NCBI GenBank assembly: GCA_018674605.1 | Contig: JABGZU010000084.1 | Coordinates: 1 to 56,328 of the forward strand | Reading direction: 5' to 3' | Source: Nitrosopumilus sp. | GTDB taxonomy: Archaea > Thermoproteota > Nitrososphaeria > Nitrososphaerales > Nitrosopumilaceae | Length of the DNA stretch: 56,328 nt | Shown here: positions 25,826-36,502 of the stretch, in pieces | How the letters are laid out: each line of letters starts with the position of its first letter | Position numbering within the stretch: position 1 is the first letter of the stretch | Program-made: the position numbers and the translations under genes | Notes under the pieces: generated by a model | What the model was told of the DNA's origin: nothing | Seen by the model: only the letters and a program-made list of their open reading frames with translations | Database searches by the model: none

Positions 25826-28324
25826 TTAAATTACAAAATATTGTGCATTTGGATGATGTACTACTATTGCAGCAGTAGATTGTTCAGGAATAATTTGACC
25901 AGATTCAGTTAAAGTCATGCCAGGTTTTTCAGGTTGTAAAAGTTTCCAAACTAAATGATGTTGAGAAACATCAGGACAACTAGGAAATCCCCAACTATAT
26001 CGCAATCCGCCTTTGTCTAAATTTAATTCAGATTTAATTTTTTGATTTACCCATTGAGCTAAAGCTTCTGCAAGTTCAACAGCTAATCCGTGTAAATAAT
26101 ATGCATCAGTATATTTATCATCATTATTCCAAGTATCCAAAATATCAGAAACCTTAGTTCCAACAGTTACAGATTGAAATGCAACAATATCGTCATCTCC
26201 AAAATAATCAGTTAAACACAAATGTTCAGGCCTAGTAGAACGTGGAAAATCAAATTCAACATCTTCACCAACAGGATTTTCAACTAATAATTTTTGACCA
26301 TTATTATGACATTTAAAATAACCATATACAATTTCAGGTTCAATTAATTTATCACGAATTATTCGAATTTTCCATTCAGTTAATAATTGCTCATGCTCTT
26401 CTTCAGATTCAGCACCAGATTTCCCACGCAATCCCCAAGATAATTTGAATAAGGATTTTTTATCAATCATTGTCCAAACTTCATTCATGTTAATTTGATC
26501 TAATTGTAAACGAATAGGTTTTCCAATAGTTGAAGGAGTAGGTGCTTTAACAGGTTGAATATTGCTTTTAGGAAGAGTAGAGGAATCAATGACAATATTA
26601 GATTTTTCTTTCCAATTTTCTAATTTTTCTTTCCATTCAGCTAAAAGTTTTGGCTTTTCATCAGAAACCAAAGTATCCATAGTTTTCAGACCTTCAAACA
26701 TAGTATTACAATAAAATACGCCAGGTTCATAAATTCCACCATCTTTTGCAATTCGATTAATGTAATTACTGTTAATTGCAGCACCACCACAAAGAATTGG
26801 AAGAGTCATGTTATTTTTTCTTGCATGTTCTACAAAAAATTTCATTTGTTTTGAAGTTGAAACTAACAATGCAGATAAACCAATAGCATCAGGTTTTATT
26901 TCATCAATTTTTTCTAAGAATTTTTGGAGTGGAACTTGTTTTCCCAAATCATAAACAGAATAACCATTATTTTGAAAAATAGTTTTTACAAGATTTTTAC
27001 CAATATCATGTACATCACCATACACAGTTCCCAAAACAAGTTTTCCTTTACTAGTTCCTTCCTCTTTAACTAGATATTTTTCAAGTTCATTAACAGATGC
27101 TTTCATACATTCAGCAGACTTGAGAACAAAAGGTAAAATCAATTCACCAGATCCAAATTTATCACCTACTTCCTTCATAGCTGGAAGTAAATCCTCATTG
27201 AGAGTCCGTATAGCACTAGAATGAGTAATATCCTTAGAAAGATCTAAAGATAAAATGCCATCAGTGTTTTTAATTAATTCAGTTTTACCAAGTTTATCAG
27301 CAATTGCAGAAACGACATCATTTTGAATACCATCTTTAAGTCTATTTACAATTCTAAAATTAGCACGTTTTCCAGGTGGCCATGTAGGATCAACATCAAC
27401 TTTTTTTGATGCAGTTGTACTTTTTGTTCCTGTCTTTTCAAAATAAGAAATTAAATCAGATAAAGCATTAGAATGTGTGTTAAAAATTAAATCCTCAGCA
27501 AGTTTTTTTTCTTCTACATTAATCTCACCATAAGGAATAATTTCTCTAGCATTAACAATAGCTGAATCAAGCCCAGTTTTTACAGCATGATATAAAAAAA
27601 TAGAATTAAGAATTTTTCTAGCATAAGGCATCAATCCAAAACTAATATTGCTAAGACCCAAAGTAGTAAAACAATTAGGAAATTTTTCTTTAACAAGACG
27701 TATACCTTCCAAAGTATTTTTACCAGCATTAAGGAATTCGTCTTCTCCAGTTGCCAAAGTAAATGTAAGTACATCAAAAATAAATTGTTCAATTTTTAAT
27801 CCATAATTTTTTCCAGTTTCATAAAGTAATTCAGCTGTTTCAACTTTTTGTTGAGGAGTTTTAGCCATACCATTAGGTCCAATACACAAAGCTATTGCAG
27901 GTAAACCATATTTTGCCATTATAGGGGCTAATTTTTCAAATCTACTACCATCACCTTCTAAATTTATAGAATTAATTATAGGTCTACCAGGAATTTGTTT
28001 TACAGATGATTCAATTACTTCGGGATCTGTAGAATCAATTACTAAAGGCGCATCAATTTCTAAACTTAATTTTTTTACTAAAGTTAACATAAATTCACGT
28101 TCATCAGAACGTTCAGTTGTAGCAACACACACATCAAGACAATGTGCACCATCTTCAGATTGAACTCTTGCCAAATCAACTAAACCATCAAAATCATCAG
28201 CAAGAACTAATTTTTTAGCTTTACGAGAACCTTGTGTGTTAATTCTTTCTCCAATAATTAGAGGTGCAGGGATTTGTTTTAGATCAACTGCTTTCAAGGC
28301 AGAACTAACTCTAGGAACAGTCAT
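25826..28324 (-). CDS. metH: B12-dependent methionine synthase, pterin-binding + cap + cobalamin + reactivation domains
   Basis: IIGERINTQGS, INSINLE, GLSNISFG, GDVHDIGKNLV, RYSWGFPSCPD, PEQSTAA. Confidence 0.94.
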   Translation of the reverse strand: MTVPRVSSALKAVDLKQIPAPLIIGERINTQGSRKAKKLVLADDFDGLVDLARVQSEDGAHCLDVCVATTERSDEREFMLTLVKKLSLEIDAPLVIDSTDPEVIESSVKQIPGRPIINSINLEGDGSRFEKLAPIMAKYGLPAIALCIGPNGMAKTPQQKVETAELLYETGKNYGLKIEQFIFDVLTFTLATGEDEFLNAGKNTLEGIRLVKEKFPNCFTTLGLSNISFGLMPYARKILNSIFLYHAVKTGLDSAIVNAREIIPYGEINVEEKKLAEDLIFNTHSNALSDLISYFEKTGTKSTTASKKVDVDPTWPPGKRANFRIVNRLKDGIQNDVVSAIADKLGKTELIKNTDGILSLDLSKDITHSSAIRTLNEDLLPAMKEVGDKFGSGELILPFVLKSAECMKASVNELEKYLVKEEGTSKGKLVLGTVYGDVHDIGKNLVKTIFQNNGYSVYDLGKQVPLQKFLEKIDEIKPDAIGLSALLVSTSKQMKFFVEHARKNNMTLPILCGGAAINSNYINRIAKDGGIYEPGVFYCNTMFEGLKTMDTLVSDEKPKLLAEWKEKLENWKEKSNIVIDSSTLPKSNIQPVKAPTPSTIGKPIRLQLDQINMNEVWTMIDKKSLFKLSWGLRGKSGAESEEEHEQLLTEWKIRIIRDKLIEPEIVYGYFKCHNNGQKLLVENPVGEDVEFDFPRSTRPEHLCLTDYFGDDDIVAFQSVTVGTKVSDILDTWNNDDKYTDAYYLHGLAVELAEALAQWVNQKIKSELNLDKGGLRYSWGFPSCPDVSQHHLVWKLLQPEKPGMTLTESGQIIPEQSTAAIVVHHPNAQYFVI

Positions 28325-28355
28325 ACTCTAAAATCACATCAGTTTTCCTAGATAC

Positions 28356-29318
28356 TTAACCCTTGATAGAACTGGCTTTTTCGTCAATTATTCGTCTTAA
28401 AGATTTGATATGATCAGGATTGGTTCCACAACATCCACCAATAATTCTAACTTTATCATATTGATCAATAAAATCACCAAGAGCATTAGCCATTTTTTCA
28501 GGAGTCATTTTGTAAACTGCTTGTCCACCTTGATTTTCAGGCATTCCAGCATTTGGAACAACTAAAAGATTATGTTCATTTTGCTCATCAAGCCATTGAA
28601 CACTTGGATTCATTTCAATTGGACCAGTTGAGCAGTTCAATCCAAATACATCAATGCCCATATCAGAAACGGTAGTGTAAGCAGATTGAATATTAGTTCC
28701 AAGTAACATTTTTCCATATTGATCCAAAGTAGTATTAGAAATAATTGCAACTTTCTTACCAGTCTTAGACATTGCATTATGACATGCTTCAATTACTAGT
28801 TTAACTTCTAAAATATCCTGACTAGTCTCTATTAGTAATGCATCAACACCACCTAAAATTAATCCTTCAGCTTGTAATTCAAATGCTTCACGAATTTCAT
28901 CAAGAGGTTTTTGTCCCAAATCAGGATCATCAGAACTTGGTAAATAACCAGTTGGACCCATAGAACCAATTACAAATCTAGACGTATCAGAATATTCAGC
29001 ACAAACTTCAGATGCAAGAAGTGCAATTTTTTTATTAAAATCAACAGTTTGATCACCAAAACCATATTCATCTAATTTTATTTTATTAGAACCAAAAGAA
29101 TTTGTTTCAATACAATCAGAACCAGCATCTAGATAATTTCGATGAATTTGTTTTATCCAATCAGGATGAGTTAGTATCAAACCATCATTAAATCCATCTT
29201 GATTATTTGGAAAATCTTCAGGAGAGGGGTCATACTTTTGAATTTCAGTACCCATAGCTCCATCAAAAAGTAAAACTCGATTTTTTAATGCATCTAGAAA
29301 AGATTCTTTTTCAGTCAA
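28356..29318 (-). CDS. Homocysteine S-methyltransferase domain (N-terminal half of split MetH)
   Basis: FDGAMGT, ETNSFG, GLNCSTGP, PNAGMP, GGCCGTNPDHI Zn ligands. Confidence 0.93.
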   Translation of the reverse strand: MTEKESFLDALKNRVLLFDGAMGTEIQKYDPSPEDFPNNQDGFNDGLILTHPDWIKQIHRNYLDAGSDCIETNSFGSNKIKLDEYGFGDQTVDFNKKIALLASEVCAEYSDTSRFVIGSMGPTGYLPSSDDPDLGQKPLDEIREAFELQAEGLILGGVDALLIETSQDILEVKLVIEACHNAMSKTGKKVAIISNTTLDQYGKMLLGTNIQSAYTTVSDMGIDVFGLNCSTGPIEMNPSVQWLDEQNEHNLLVVPNAGMPENQGGQAVYKMTPEKMANALGDFIDQYDKVRIIGGCCGTNPDHIKSLRRIIDEKASSIKG

Positions 29319-29425
29319 TTAAATTTTAAAAAATACTTGTACAGTTTAACTCTTTTCAGATGAAACAAAAATACAAAATAAACATCTATGTTGAAATTAG
29401 GTTGAATTAAAATTTTGGTATATTT

Positions 29426-30526
29426 ATGTCAAAATTACAAGTTAACAACTTAGTTCGCAGTGCAACATTTTTTCAACATGCAGGAATTTCAATAGTATTT
29501 GTATTCATGCCAATAATTGCAAAAGGCGTAACGGATTCTATTTTTGAAATTGGATTACTAGTAGCATCATTTAGTTTTGCTCAGATTTTATCAGAAATAT
29601 ATTTTGGAAGGCATTCAGATAAGAAAGGAACCAGGCTCAAATTTATCAGAATTGGGTTTGTAGGATGTGCAATAGCATTTGGATTACATTATTTTGCGGA
29701 TGATATAACAATATTTTTCCTAGTAAGAATTGCTGCAGGAATTGCAAGTGGAATAATGATTCCTGCAATGATTGCATATACCTATGAAGCAAATATTGAT
29801 AAAAAAAGAGCAGCCACAGTAATTTCATTTCATGCATTAGGATGGTTAGCAGGAATTGCTGCTGCAGGAATTGCAAGTGATCTTAAATTAATTTTTCTAA
29901 TTAGTGCAGCATCATTTATCATAGGATTAATTTTTACAATAAAACTACCCAATCCAGTACAAAAAAAAGAGATAATTCCAGGAACTACAAAACAAGTAAT
30001 TTTAAAAAATAAATTTCTCTTTTTATCATTATTACTAAGACATATCGGAGCTGCTGCAGTATGGACAATTCTTCCCATAATGATTGTAGAAAAATTAGGA
30101 GGGGAGCTATATCACATTTCAATAGTATATGTTGCAAATACAATGACAGCATTTATCTTGATGAACATAATGGCAAGTAAGATTCATCTTTCCAATGTAA
30201 CTAAATTTAAAATTGGAATTGGATGTACAACATTTGTATTTGTAGGATTATCAATTGTGACAGAGTGGTGGATGGCAATGCCATTTATGGCATTAGTTGG
30301 TGCTACATGGGCATTTTTATTTATTGGAGGAAATTTTCATTTAATGGAAAACAATCCACGTTCAACATCAACAGGAATTTTTAGCTCAACGTTATCAATT
30401 GCAACAGTGATTGGACCAATCATTGCAGGAACCATTGCATTTACATTTGATTATATTTCAGTAATGTATTTTGCAATAGTAATTATTGTAATGGCATTTG
30501 TTGTTTCATTGAAAATAAAAAACTAG
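29426..30526 (+). CDS. MFS transporter
   Basis: About 12 TM helices, motif A GRHSDKKG. Confidence 0.88.
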   Translation: MSKLQVNNLVRSATFFQHAGISIVFVFMPIIAKGVTDSIFEIGLLVASFSFAQILSEIYFGRHSDKKGTRLKFIRIGFVGCAIAFGLHYFADDITIFFLVRIAAGIASGIMIPAMIAYTYEANIDKKRAATVISFHALGWLAGIAAAGIASDLKLIFLISAASFIIGLIFTIKLPNPVQKKEIIPGTTKQVILKNKFLFLSLLLRHIGAAAVWTILPIMIVEKLGGELYHISIVYVANTMTAFILMNIMASKIHLSNVTKFKIGIGCTTFVFVGLSIVTEWWMAMPFMALVGATWAFLFIGGNFHLMENNPRSTSTGIFSSTLSIATVIGPIIAGTIAFTFDYISVMYFAIVIIVMAFVVSLKIKN

Positions 30527-30529
30527 AGA

Positions 30530-31288
30530 TTATCTCAGTCCCCAACGAGACATTACTTTAGTTTCCAATCGTTTGAAAATTATTCCATCAACTAACAAAC
30601 CTATTCCCATAATTACAACCATTATTCCAATTACTTGTGAAACATCATTTAGAGAGCGTCCAGCATTTAGTAAAAAGCCCAATCCCAAGAAGGAAAACAA
30701 TATTTCAGCACCAATAACTCCTCTCCATGCAAAAGCCCAGCCTTGTTTAAATCCAGAAATCATGTATGGAAATGCTGCAGGAATTAATACAGCAGTGATT
30801 AATTGTGTACCTTTAGCACCCATATTTCTTGCAGCCTCAATAAAGTGTGGATCAATATTTTTGACTCCAGTATAGGTGTTAATTGTAACTGCAAAAATTG
30901 CACCAATGGCAGTAACAAAAATAATTCCACCATCAGTTAAACCAAACCAAAGAATTGCTATTGGGACCCAAGCTATTGAAGGAATTGACTGTAATCCCAA
31001 AACAAGAGAGCCAACAGTTTGATTTACCACTTCGATTCTAGCCATAAAAATTCCCAACACAACACCACCTGCAATTGCAATTGCCAATCCAACAGACAAT
31101 CTCAACATACTTGTTGCAATTCCATAAAACAAACTGCCATCAATTCCACCGTAAAACAAATCTTCAGCTACTTCATAAGGTGATGGAAAAATATTATCAG
31201 GCCAAATACCAATCATCGCAATAATTTGCCAAACAGCAATTATTCCAATGTAAAATCCAATTCTATGAACAGTATAATTTTTTGCCAT
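30530..31288 (-). CDS. ABC transporter permease (SsuC/TauC/NitT family)
   Basis: QSIPSIAWVPIAILWFG, EAARNMGA loop, GLGFLL. Confidence 0.92.
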   Translation of the reverse strand: MAKNYTVHRIGFYIGIIAVWQIIAMIGIWPDNIFPSPYEVAEDLFYGGIDGSLFYGIATSMLRLSVGLAIAIAGGVVLGIFMARIEVVNQTVGSLVLGLQSIPSIAWVPIAILWFGLTDGGIIFVTAIGAIFAVTINTYTGVKNIDPHFIEAARNMGAKGTQLITAVLIPAAFPYMISGFKQGWAFAWRGVIGAEILFSFLGLGFLLNAGRSLNDVSQVIGIMVVIMGIGLLVDGIIFKRLETKVMSRWGLR

Positions 31289-31293
31289 AATAA

Positions 31294-32058
31294 TTACTCC
31301 AGATTTTTCTTTACCTCAGGTCTAAGTTCAACTAAAATATCTTGTTGGAATTTAAGTAAAGATTCATCCTCAGCAGTCCGAGGTCTAGGAAAATTATTAG
31401 TCAATTCTTTTTTAATTATTGAGGGTCTATTACTAAAAATTGCAACCTTAGTTCCAAGAACAGCAGCTTCTGCAACATTATGAGTAACAAACAAAATAGT
31501 TTTTTTTGTTTTTTCCCAAATTAATTGCATTTCAACTAATAACAAATCTCGAGTTTGTGCATCAAGAGCTGCAAAAGGCTCATCCATCAACAAAACATCT
31601 GGATCCATCACAAGAGCTCTAGCAATAGCTACACGTTGTTTCATACCAGTTGAAAGTTGATAGGTAAAAGAATCTGCAAATTTTGTTAATTGCATCATAT
31701 CCAAATATCTATGAGAAATTATTGCTCGTTCTTCTTTTGAAATTCCAGCCATTTTTAATCCAAATTCAACATTATCTTGAACTGTAAGCCATGGAAATAA
31801 TGCACCTTCTTGAAAAACCATAATTCTTTCAGGTCCAGTTTCAGTAACAGGATGACCATCAAAGATAATTTGTCCTTCATCAGGCTTTTCCAATCCTGCA
31901 ACTATACGTAAAAAAGTAGATTTACCACAACCTGAAGGTCCAACTAGGCAAACAAAATCCCCAGATTCAATTTTTAAATTTACACCACCTAATGCTTTGA
32001 GTTTATGAGAATCATGGCTAAAGTATTTTACAATATTTTTTGCCTCTAATTTTGTCAT
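31294..32058 (-). CDS. ABC transporter ATPase (SsuB/TauB family)
   Basis: GPSGCGKST, LSTGMKQR, LMDEPFAALD, VTHN. Confidence 0.93.
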   Translation of the reverse strand: MTKLEAKNIVKYFSHDSHKLKALGGVNLKIESGDFVCLVGPSGCGKSTFLRIVAGLEKPDEGQIIFDGHPVTETGPERIMVFQEGALFPWLTVQDNVEFGLKMAGISKEERAIISHRYLDMMQLTKFADSFTYQLSTGMKQRVAIARALVMDPDVLLMDEPFAALDAQTRDLLLVEMQLIWEKTKKTILFVTHNVAEAAVLGTKVAIFSNRPSIIKKELTNNFPRPRTAEDESLLKFQQDILVELRPEVKKNLE

Positions 32059-33081
32059 CTATGTATCTCCTTCAAAGTTAGAATTTGAACCAAGATTGTA
32101 AAAAATTCCAGATAAATCATATCCATTTCTTCCAAGATATCCCAACACATTAGCCTTTTCAGCAAATGAATAAACAGAATCCATTACAGGATCAGAAGTG
32201 ATTTCAAGATTAGATAAAGAAATGTCAACTACATCATCAGATAAAGATTGGCCTAAATGTGACTTTAAAAAAGTGTTAAAAGTTATTCGGGTTTCAACAG
32301 GATTATCATTAATCCATTTTACTATCTCATGATGAGAAATAAGGAAATCAGAAATTATCTCAGGGTTTTTTTCAACATAATCAGTATTTGCAATTAAAAG
32401 TACAGATGCAAATTGTTTATCAGGCCACAAATCTTCTTCAAAAAATAATCTATGCCCACCAAGTTCAGTTTCTAAAATTGTTGCCCAAGGTTCTGCAACC
32501 CATGCACCATCAATATCACCTTTTACAAATAAAGTATAGATATCAGGATTGGAAATATTATAAACAATTACAGAACCACCTTTTTCAGCAGGTTTCAAAT
32601 TATTTTCAGATAAATAATGACGTAATGAGATATCTTGAGTATTTCCAATTTGAGGCACAGCAATTTTTTTTCCTGCAAAATCAGATGCAGTATTAATTTC
32701 AGAGTTTGGATGAACAATAAAACTAGCACCGCCGCTTGCAGCTCCAGATAGGATTTGAATATTTTTATTTTCAGAATTTAAAAATCCATTAATTGTAGGT
32801 CCAGGTCCAACATATGCAATATCAATAGAATTTGCAAAAAGGGATTCAATCACTTGAGGCCCACTATCAAAAACCCTAGTTTCAATTTCAGTGTCAGTAA
32901 GTTGTTCTGTAAAAAATCCTTTCTCCATTCCAATTATAGGAATTGCATGTCCAATATTTGGAAAATATGCAATTCGAAGAGTGTTTTCATTAGAACTTTC
33001 ATCAGAATTTAAAATAATTCCAGCAATAAAACCAACTATAACTACCACAATACTTACAGAAAGTATCAATTTAATCGTCAT
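32059..33081 (-). CDS. ABC substrate-binding protein (SsuA/aliphatic sulfonate-like)
   Basis: N-terminal anchor, YFPNIGHA, DIAYVGPGP, PQIGNTQD, WVAEPW. Confidence 0.85.
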   Translation of the reverse strand: MTIKLILSVSIVVVIVGFIAGIILNSDESSNENTLRIAYFPNIGHAIPIIGMEKGFFTEQLTDTEIETRVFDSGPQVIESLFANSIDIAYVGPGPTINGFLNSENKNIQILSGAASGGASFIVHPNSEINTASDFAGKKIAVPQIGNTQDISLRHYLSENNLKPAEKGGSVIVYNISNPDIYTLFVKGDIDGAWVAEPWATILETELGGHRLFFEEDLWPDKQFASVLLIANTDYVEKNPEIISDFLISHHEIVKWINDNPVETRITFNTFLKSHLGQSLSDDVVDISLSNLEITSDPVMDSVYSFAEKANVLGYLGRNGYDLSGIFYNLGSNSNFEGDT

Positions 33082-33204
33082 AAAACAGCGTTATATTTGA
33101 TGGTTAAATAATCATCGAATTTTAGCTTAAGCTAGTCATGGATTTTTTGTAAAAAACACTCAACACAAAAGATAAATTCCAAAATAATACGGAAAAGATG
33201 TTTC

Positions 33205-34404
33205 ATGACTCAAAAAGGAATTCTTGCATTTTCTGGAGGACTAGATACTTCAGTTGTTGTAAAATATTTACAAGAAGAACACGACATGGATGTAATTACA
33301 GTTACAGTAGATGTAGGTCAAGGAGATGATACTAAAAAAATTGCTGCAAAAGCAAAAACATTAGGAGTGAAAAAACATTACAATATAGATGCAAGAAAAG
33401 AATTTGTTAAAAATTATATTTTTCCAGCAATTAAAGCAAATGCACTTTATCAAAAGAAATATTGTTTAGCAACAGCTCTTGCAAGACCATTAATTGCAGA
33501 AAAAGTATTAGAGATTGCAAAAAAAGAAAAAGTGACATCATTAGCACATGGATGTTCAGGTAAAGGAAATGATCAAGTACGTTTTGATATAACATTACGT
33601 TCAGGTTCTGATCTTCCAATCATAGCACCAATCAGAGATAAAAATTTGGATAGAGATACAGAATTAAAATTTGCACAAAAACATGGAATAGAGATAGATG
33701 CAGTTGCAAAAAGATTCAGTATTGATCAAAATTTATGGGGACGTGCAATTGAAGGAGGGGTTCTAGAAGACCCATACAATGAACCACCAGATGATGCATT
33801 CATTTGGGTAAAAACAAAAGACTTGCCAGATAAACCAACATATTTAGAAATTAAATTTGAAAAAGGAATTCCAGTTGTAGTAGATGGAAAAATAACTGAA
33901 TCACAAAAAATAATTGAATATATCAATAAAAAAGCAGGAGCAGCAGGTGTTGGAATAGTTGATCATATTGAAGATAGAGTTGTAGGAATTAAATCACGAG
34001 AAGTATATGAAAATCCCGCAGCAACTTGTTTAATTGAGGCACATTCAGATTTAGAAAAAATGGTTCATACAAAACATCAAAATAAATTCAAGTCAATAAT
34101 TGATGATGAATGGGCACATTTGGTGTATTCAGGACTTTGGCAAGATCCTCTTAAAGCAGACCTAGACGGATTTATAGAAACATCTCAAAAACAAGTATCA
34201 GGTACAGTGAAATTAAAAATGTACAAAGGAAGTTTGAGAGTAGTAGGTAGAAAATCAAAAAATTCATTGTACAGTCACGATATTGCAACTTATGGAGTAG
34301 AATCCACATTTGATCAAAGATTAGCTAAAGGATTCGTCGAATTATGGGGAATGCAGTCAACGGAAGCTAATAAATTACAAAAGAAATGGAAATCAAAAAC
34401 ATGA
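33205..34404 (+). CDS. argG: Argininosuccinate synthase
   Basis: AFSGGLDTS, HGCSGKGNDQVRF, SIDQNLWG, GIKSREVYE. Confidence 0.97.
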   Translation: MTQKGILAFSGGLDTSVVVKYLQEEHDMDVITVTVDVGQGDDTKKIAAKAKTLGVKKHYNIDARKEFVKNYIFPAIKANALYQKKYCLATALARPLIAEKVLEIAKKEKVTSLAHGCSGKGNDQVRFDITLRSGSDLPIIAPIRDKNLDRDTELKFAQKHGIEIDAVAKRFSIDQNLWGRAIEGGVLEDPYNEPPDDAFIWVKTKDLPDKPTYLEIKFEKGIPVVVDGKITESQKIIEYINKKAGAAGVGIVDHIEDRVVGIKSREVYENPAATCLIEAHSDLEKMVHTKHQNKFKSIIDDEWAHLVYSGLWQDPLKADLDGFIETSQKQVSGTVKLKMYKGSLRVVGRKSKNSLYSHDIATYGVESTFDQRLAKGFVELWGMQSTEANKLQKKWKSKT

Positions 34405-34568
34405 ACTGTCCAGAATGTGACGCAAAACTCAACATCCCAGATGATGCCTCAGTTGGAGAAATAGTCTCCTGTCCTGATTGTGGAGCTGACTTTGAAATTT
34501 CTAAAAAAGAAGGATCAAACATTGAGCTTAAACAAGCAGAAAGTGTAGGCGAAGACTGGGGAGAGTAA
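34401..34568 (+). CDS. lysW: Amino-group carrier protein LysW/ArgW, copy 1 (55 aa, ends EDWGE; start moved to 34401)
   Basis: MNCPECDA...CPDCG...EDWGE; ATGA overlap with argG. Confidence 0.95.
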   Translation: MNCPECDAKLNIPDDASVGEIVSCPDCGADFEISKKEGSNIELKQAESVGEDWGE

Positions 34569-35425
34569 TGTCAAAAATCAGTATTGTTTTTGACCGTTTA
34601 AGAACGGAAGAAAAAATGCTACAAAAGGAAGCTGCCGCATTAGGGCACACAGCAGTAATGTTAGATGCCAAAATTACACAAATCAACACAGATAGTAAGA
34701 AAGAAGATTTGGATTTAGGAGATGTAGTGTTAGAAAGATGTGTAAGTTATTTTAGAGGTTTACATTTTACATCAGCACTAGAATTTTTAGATATTCCAGT
34801 TTTGAATAAATTTGATGTTGCAAGTATTTGTGGAAACAAAATGTTTATGACATTACTTTTAAAGAAAAACAACATACCAACACCAAAAACATATTTTTCA
34901 TTTTCAAGTGAAAGTGCTACAGATAATTTAGAAAAAGTTGGATACCCACTAGTAATCAAACCAGTAATAGGTAGTTGGGGAAGAGGTGTAATGCAGATTG
35001 TAGATAAAGATGCAATGGATGCAATTGTTGAAATTAGAGACATTACAGATAGTCCTCACGATAGAATTTACTATTTACAAAAAGTCGTCAAAAGACCACC
35101 AAGAGATATTAGAATTATTACAATTGGAGATGAACCTATCGCTGCCATGTATAGAAAATCATCAGGTGGTTTTAAAACAAATATCGCATTAGGGGCAGAT
35201 CCAGAGATCTGTGAAATTACAAAAGAAATGGAAGAAATGGCAATAAAAGCATCAAAAGCAATGGGCGGAGGAATATTAGGAATTGATATGATGGAAGATG
35301 AAGAAAGAGGAATAGTGGTTCACGAAGTAAATAATACAGTAGAATTCAAAGGATTAGCAAGGGTTTCACAACGAAATATACCAAAAGAGATGGTAAAATT
35401 CGCCTTAGACTACGTTAGGAAATAA
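34568..35425 (+). CDS. RimK-family LysW ligase, probably ArgX-type (glutamate)
   Basis: ATP-grasp, GSWGRG, FKTNIALG, EVNNTVEFKG; adjacent to argG. Substrate assignment is inference. Confidence 0.85.
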   Translation: MSKISIVFDRLRTEEKMLQKEAAALGHTAVMLDAKITQINTDSKKEDLDLGDVVLERCVSYFRGLHFTSALEFLDIPVLNKFDVASICGNKMFMTLLLKKNNIPTPKTYFSFSSESATDNLEKVGYPLVIKPVIGSWGRGVMQIVDKDAMDAIVEIRDITDSPHDRIYYLQKVVKRPPRDIRIITIGDEPIAAMYRKSSGGFKTNIALGADPEICEITKEMEEMAIKASKAMGGGILGIDMMEDEERGIVVHEVNNTVEFKGLARVSQRNIPKEMVKFALDYVRK

Positions 35426-35453
35426 ATTATACTACATTACAAGGAGATTTATC

Positions 35454-36500
35454 ATGAAAGTTGGAGTTGTAGGAGCATCAGGTTATGTAGGAGGAGAAAC
35501 ACTTCGTCTTCTAGTTAACCACCCAGATGTTGAAATTGGTATGGTAACATCAAGACAGCATGTTGGAGAATATTTGCATAGAGTTCAACCAAGTTTAAAG
35601 GGATTCACAGATCTAACTTTTTCAGAATTAGATTACGATAAACTAACAGATCAATGTGATGTGGTATTTACAGCAGTCCCACACGGTACTGCAACTGAAA
35701 TTGTAAAAGCACTATACGATAGAGGTATCAAAGTTATTGATTTGAGTGCAGATTATAGATTACATCAACAAGATGCATATGACAAATGGTATGGTTGGAA
35801 ACACCCACATCCAGACTACTTACCAAAATCAGTGTTTGGAGTACCAGAACTACATAGAGAAGAAATCAAAAAAGCACAACTAGTTTCATGTCCAGGATGT
35901 ATGGCAGTAACTTCAATGTTAGCATTAGCACCATTAATTAAAAATGACATCATAGATAGAGAACACATTATTGTTGATTCAAAAATTGGTTCTTCAGGAG
36001 CAGGTTCAGGTTCAGGGACAGCACATGCAATGCGTGCAGGAGTAATCAGACCATACAAACCAGCAAAGCACAGACACACAGGTGAAATTGAACAAGAGCT
36101 AAGTGAAATTGCAGGAAATAAAATTCGTGTTTCGATGAGTCCACATGCAGTAGATGTTGTTAGAGGTATTTTGTGTACAAATCATACATTTATGAAAAAA
36201 GATATCAGTGAAAAAGAATTATGGAAAATATATCGTCAAGCTTATGGTGATGAAAAATTTGTTAGATTAATTAGAGATAAAAAAGGATTATACAAATTCC
36301 CAGATCCAAAATTCTTAGTTGGTTCTAACTTTTGTGATATTGGATTTGATTTAGATGAGGATAATAATAGATTAATTGCGTTATCAGCATCAGATAATTT
36401 GATGAAAGGTGCAGCAGGTTCTGCGATTCAAAACATGAATGTTATGTGTGGTTTTGATGAAATGAATGGACTAAGATACACACCATTAACTCCGGTCTAG
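35454..36500 (+). CDS. lysY: [LysW]-aminoadipate/glutamate phosphate reductase (LysY/ArgC)
   Basis: GASGYVG, DLSADYR, CPGC, HRHTGEI, DNLMKGAAG. Confidence 0.93.
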   Translation: MKVGVVGASGYVGGETLRLLVNHPDVEIGMVTSRQHVGEYLHRVQPSLKGFTDLTFSELDYDKLTDQCDVVFTAVPHGTATEIVKALYDRGIKVIDLSADYRLHQQDAYDKWYGWKHPHPDYLPKSVFGVPELHREEIKKAQLVSCPGCMAVTSMLALAPLIKNDIIDREHIIVDSKIGSSGAGSGSGTAHAMRAGVIRPYKPAKHRHTGEIEQELSEIAGNKIRVSMSPHAVDVVRGILCTNHTFMKKDISEKELWKIYRQAYGDEKFVRLIRDKKGLYKFPDPKFLVGSNFCDIGFDLDEDNNRLIALSASDNLMKGAAGSAIQNMNVMCGFDEMNGLRYTPLTPV

Positions 36501-36502
36501 AA

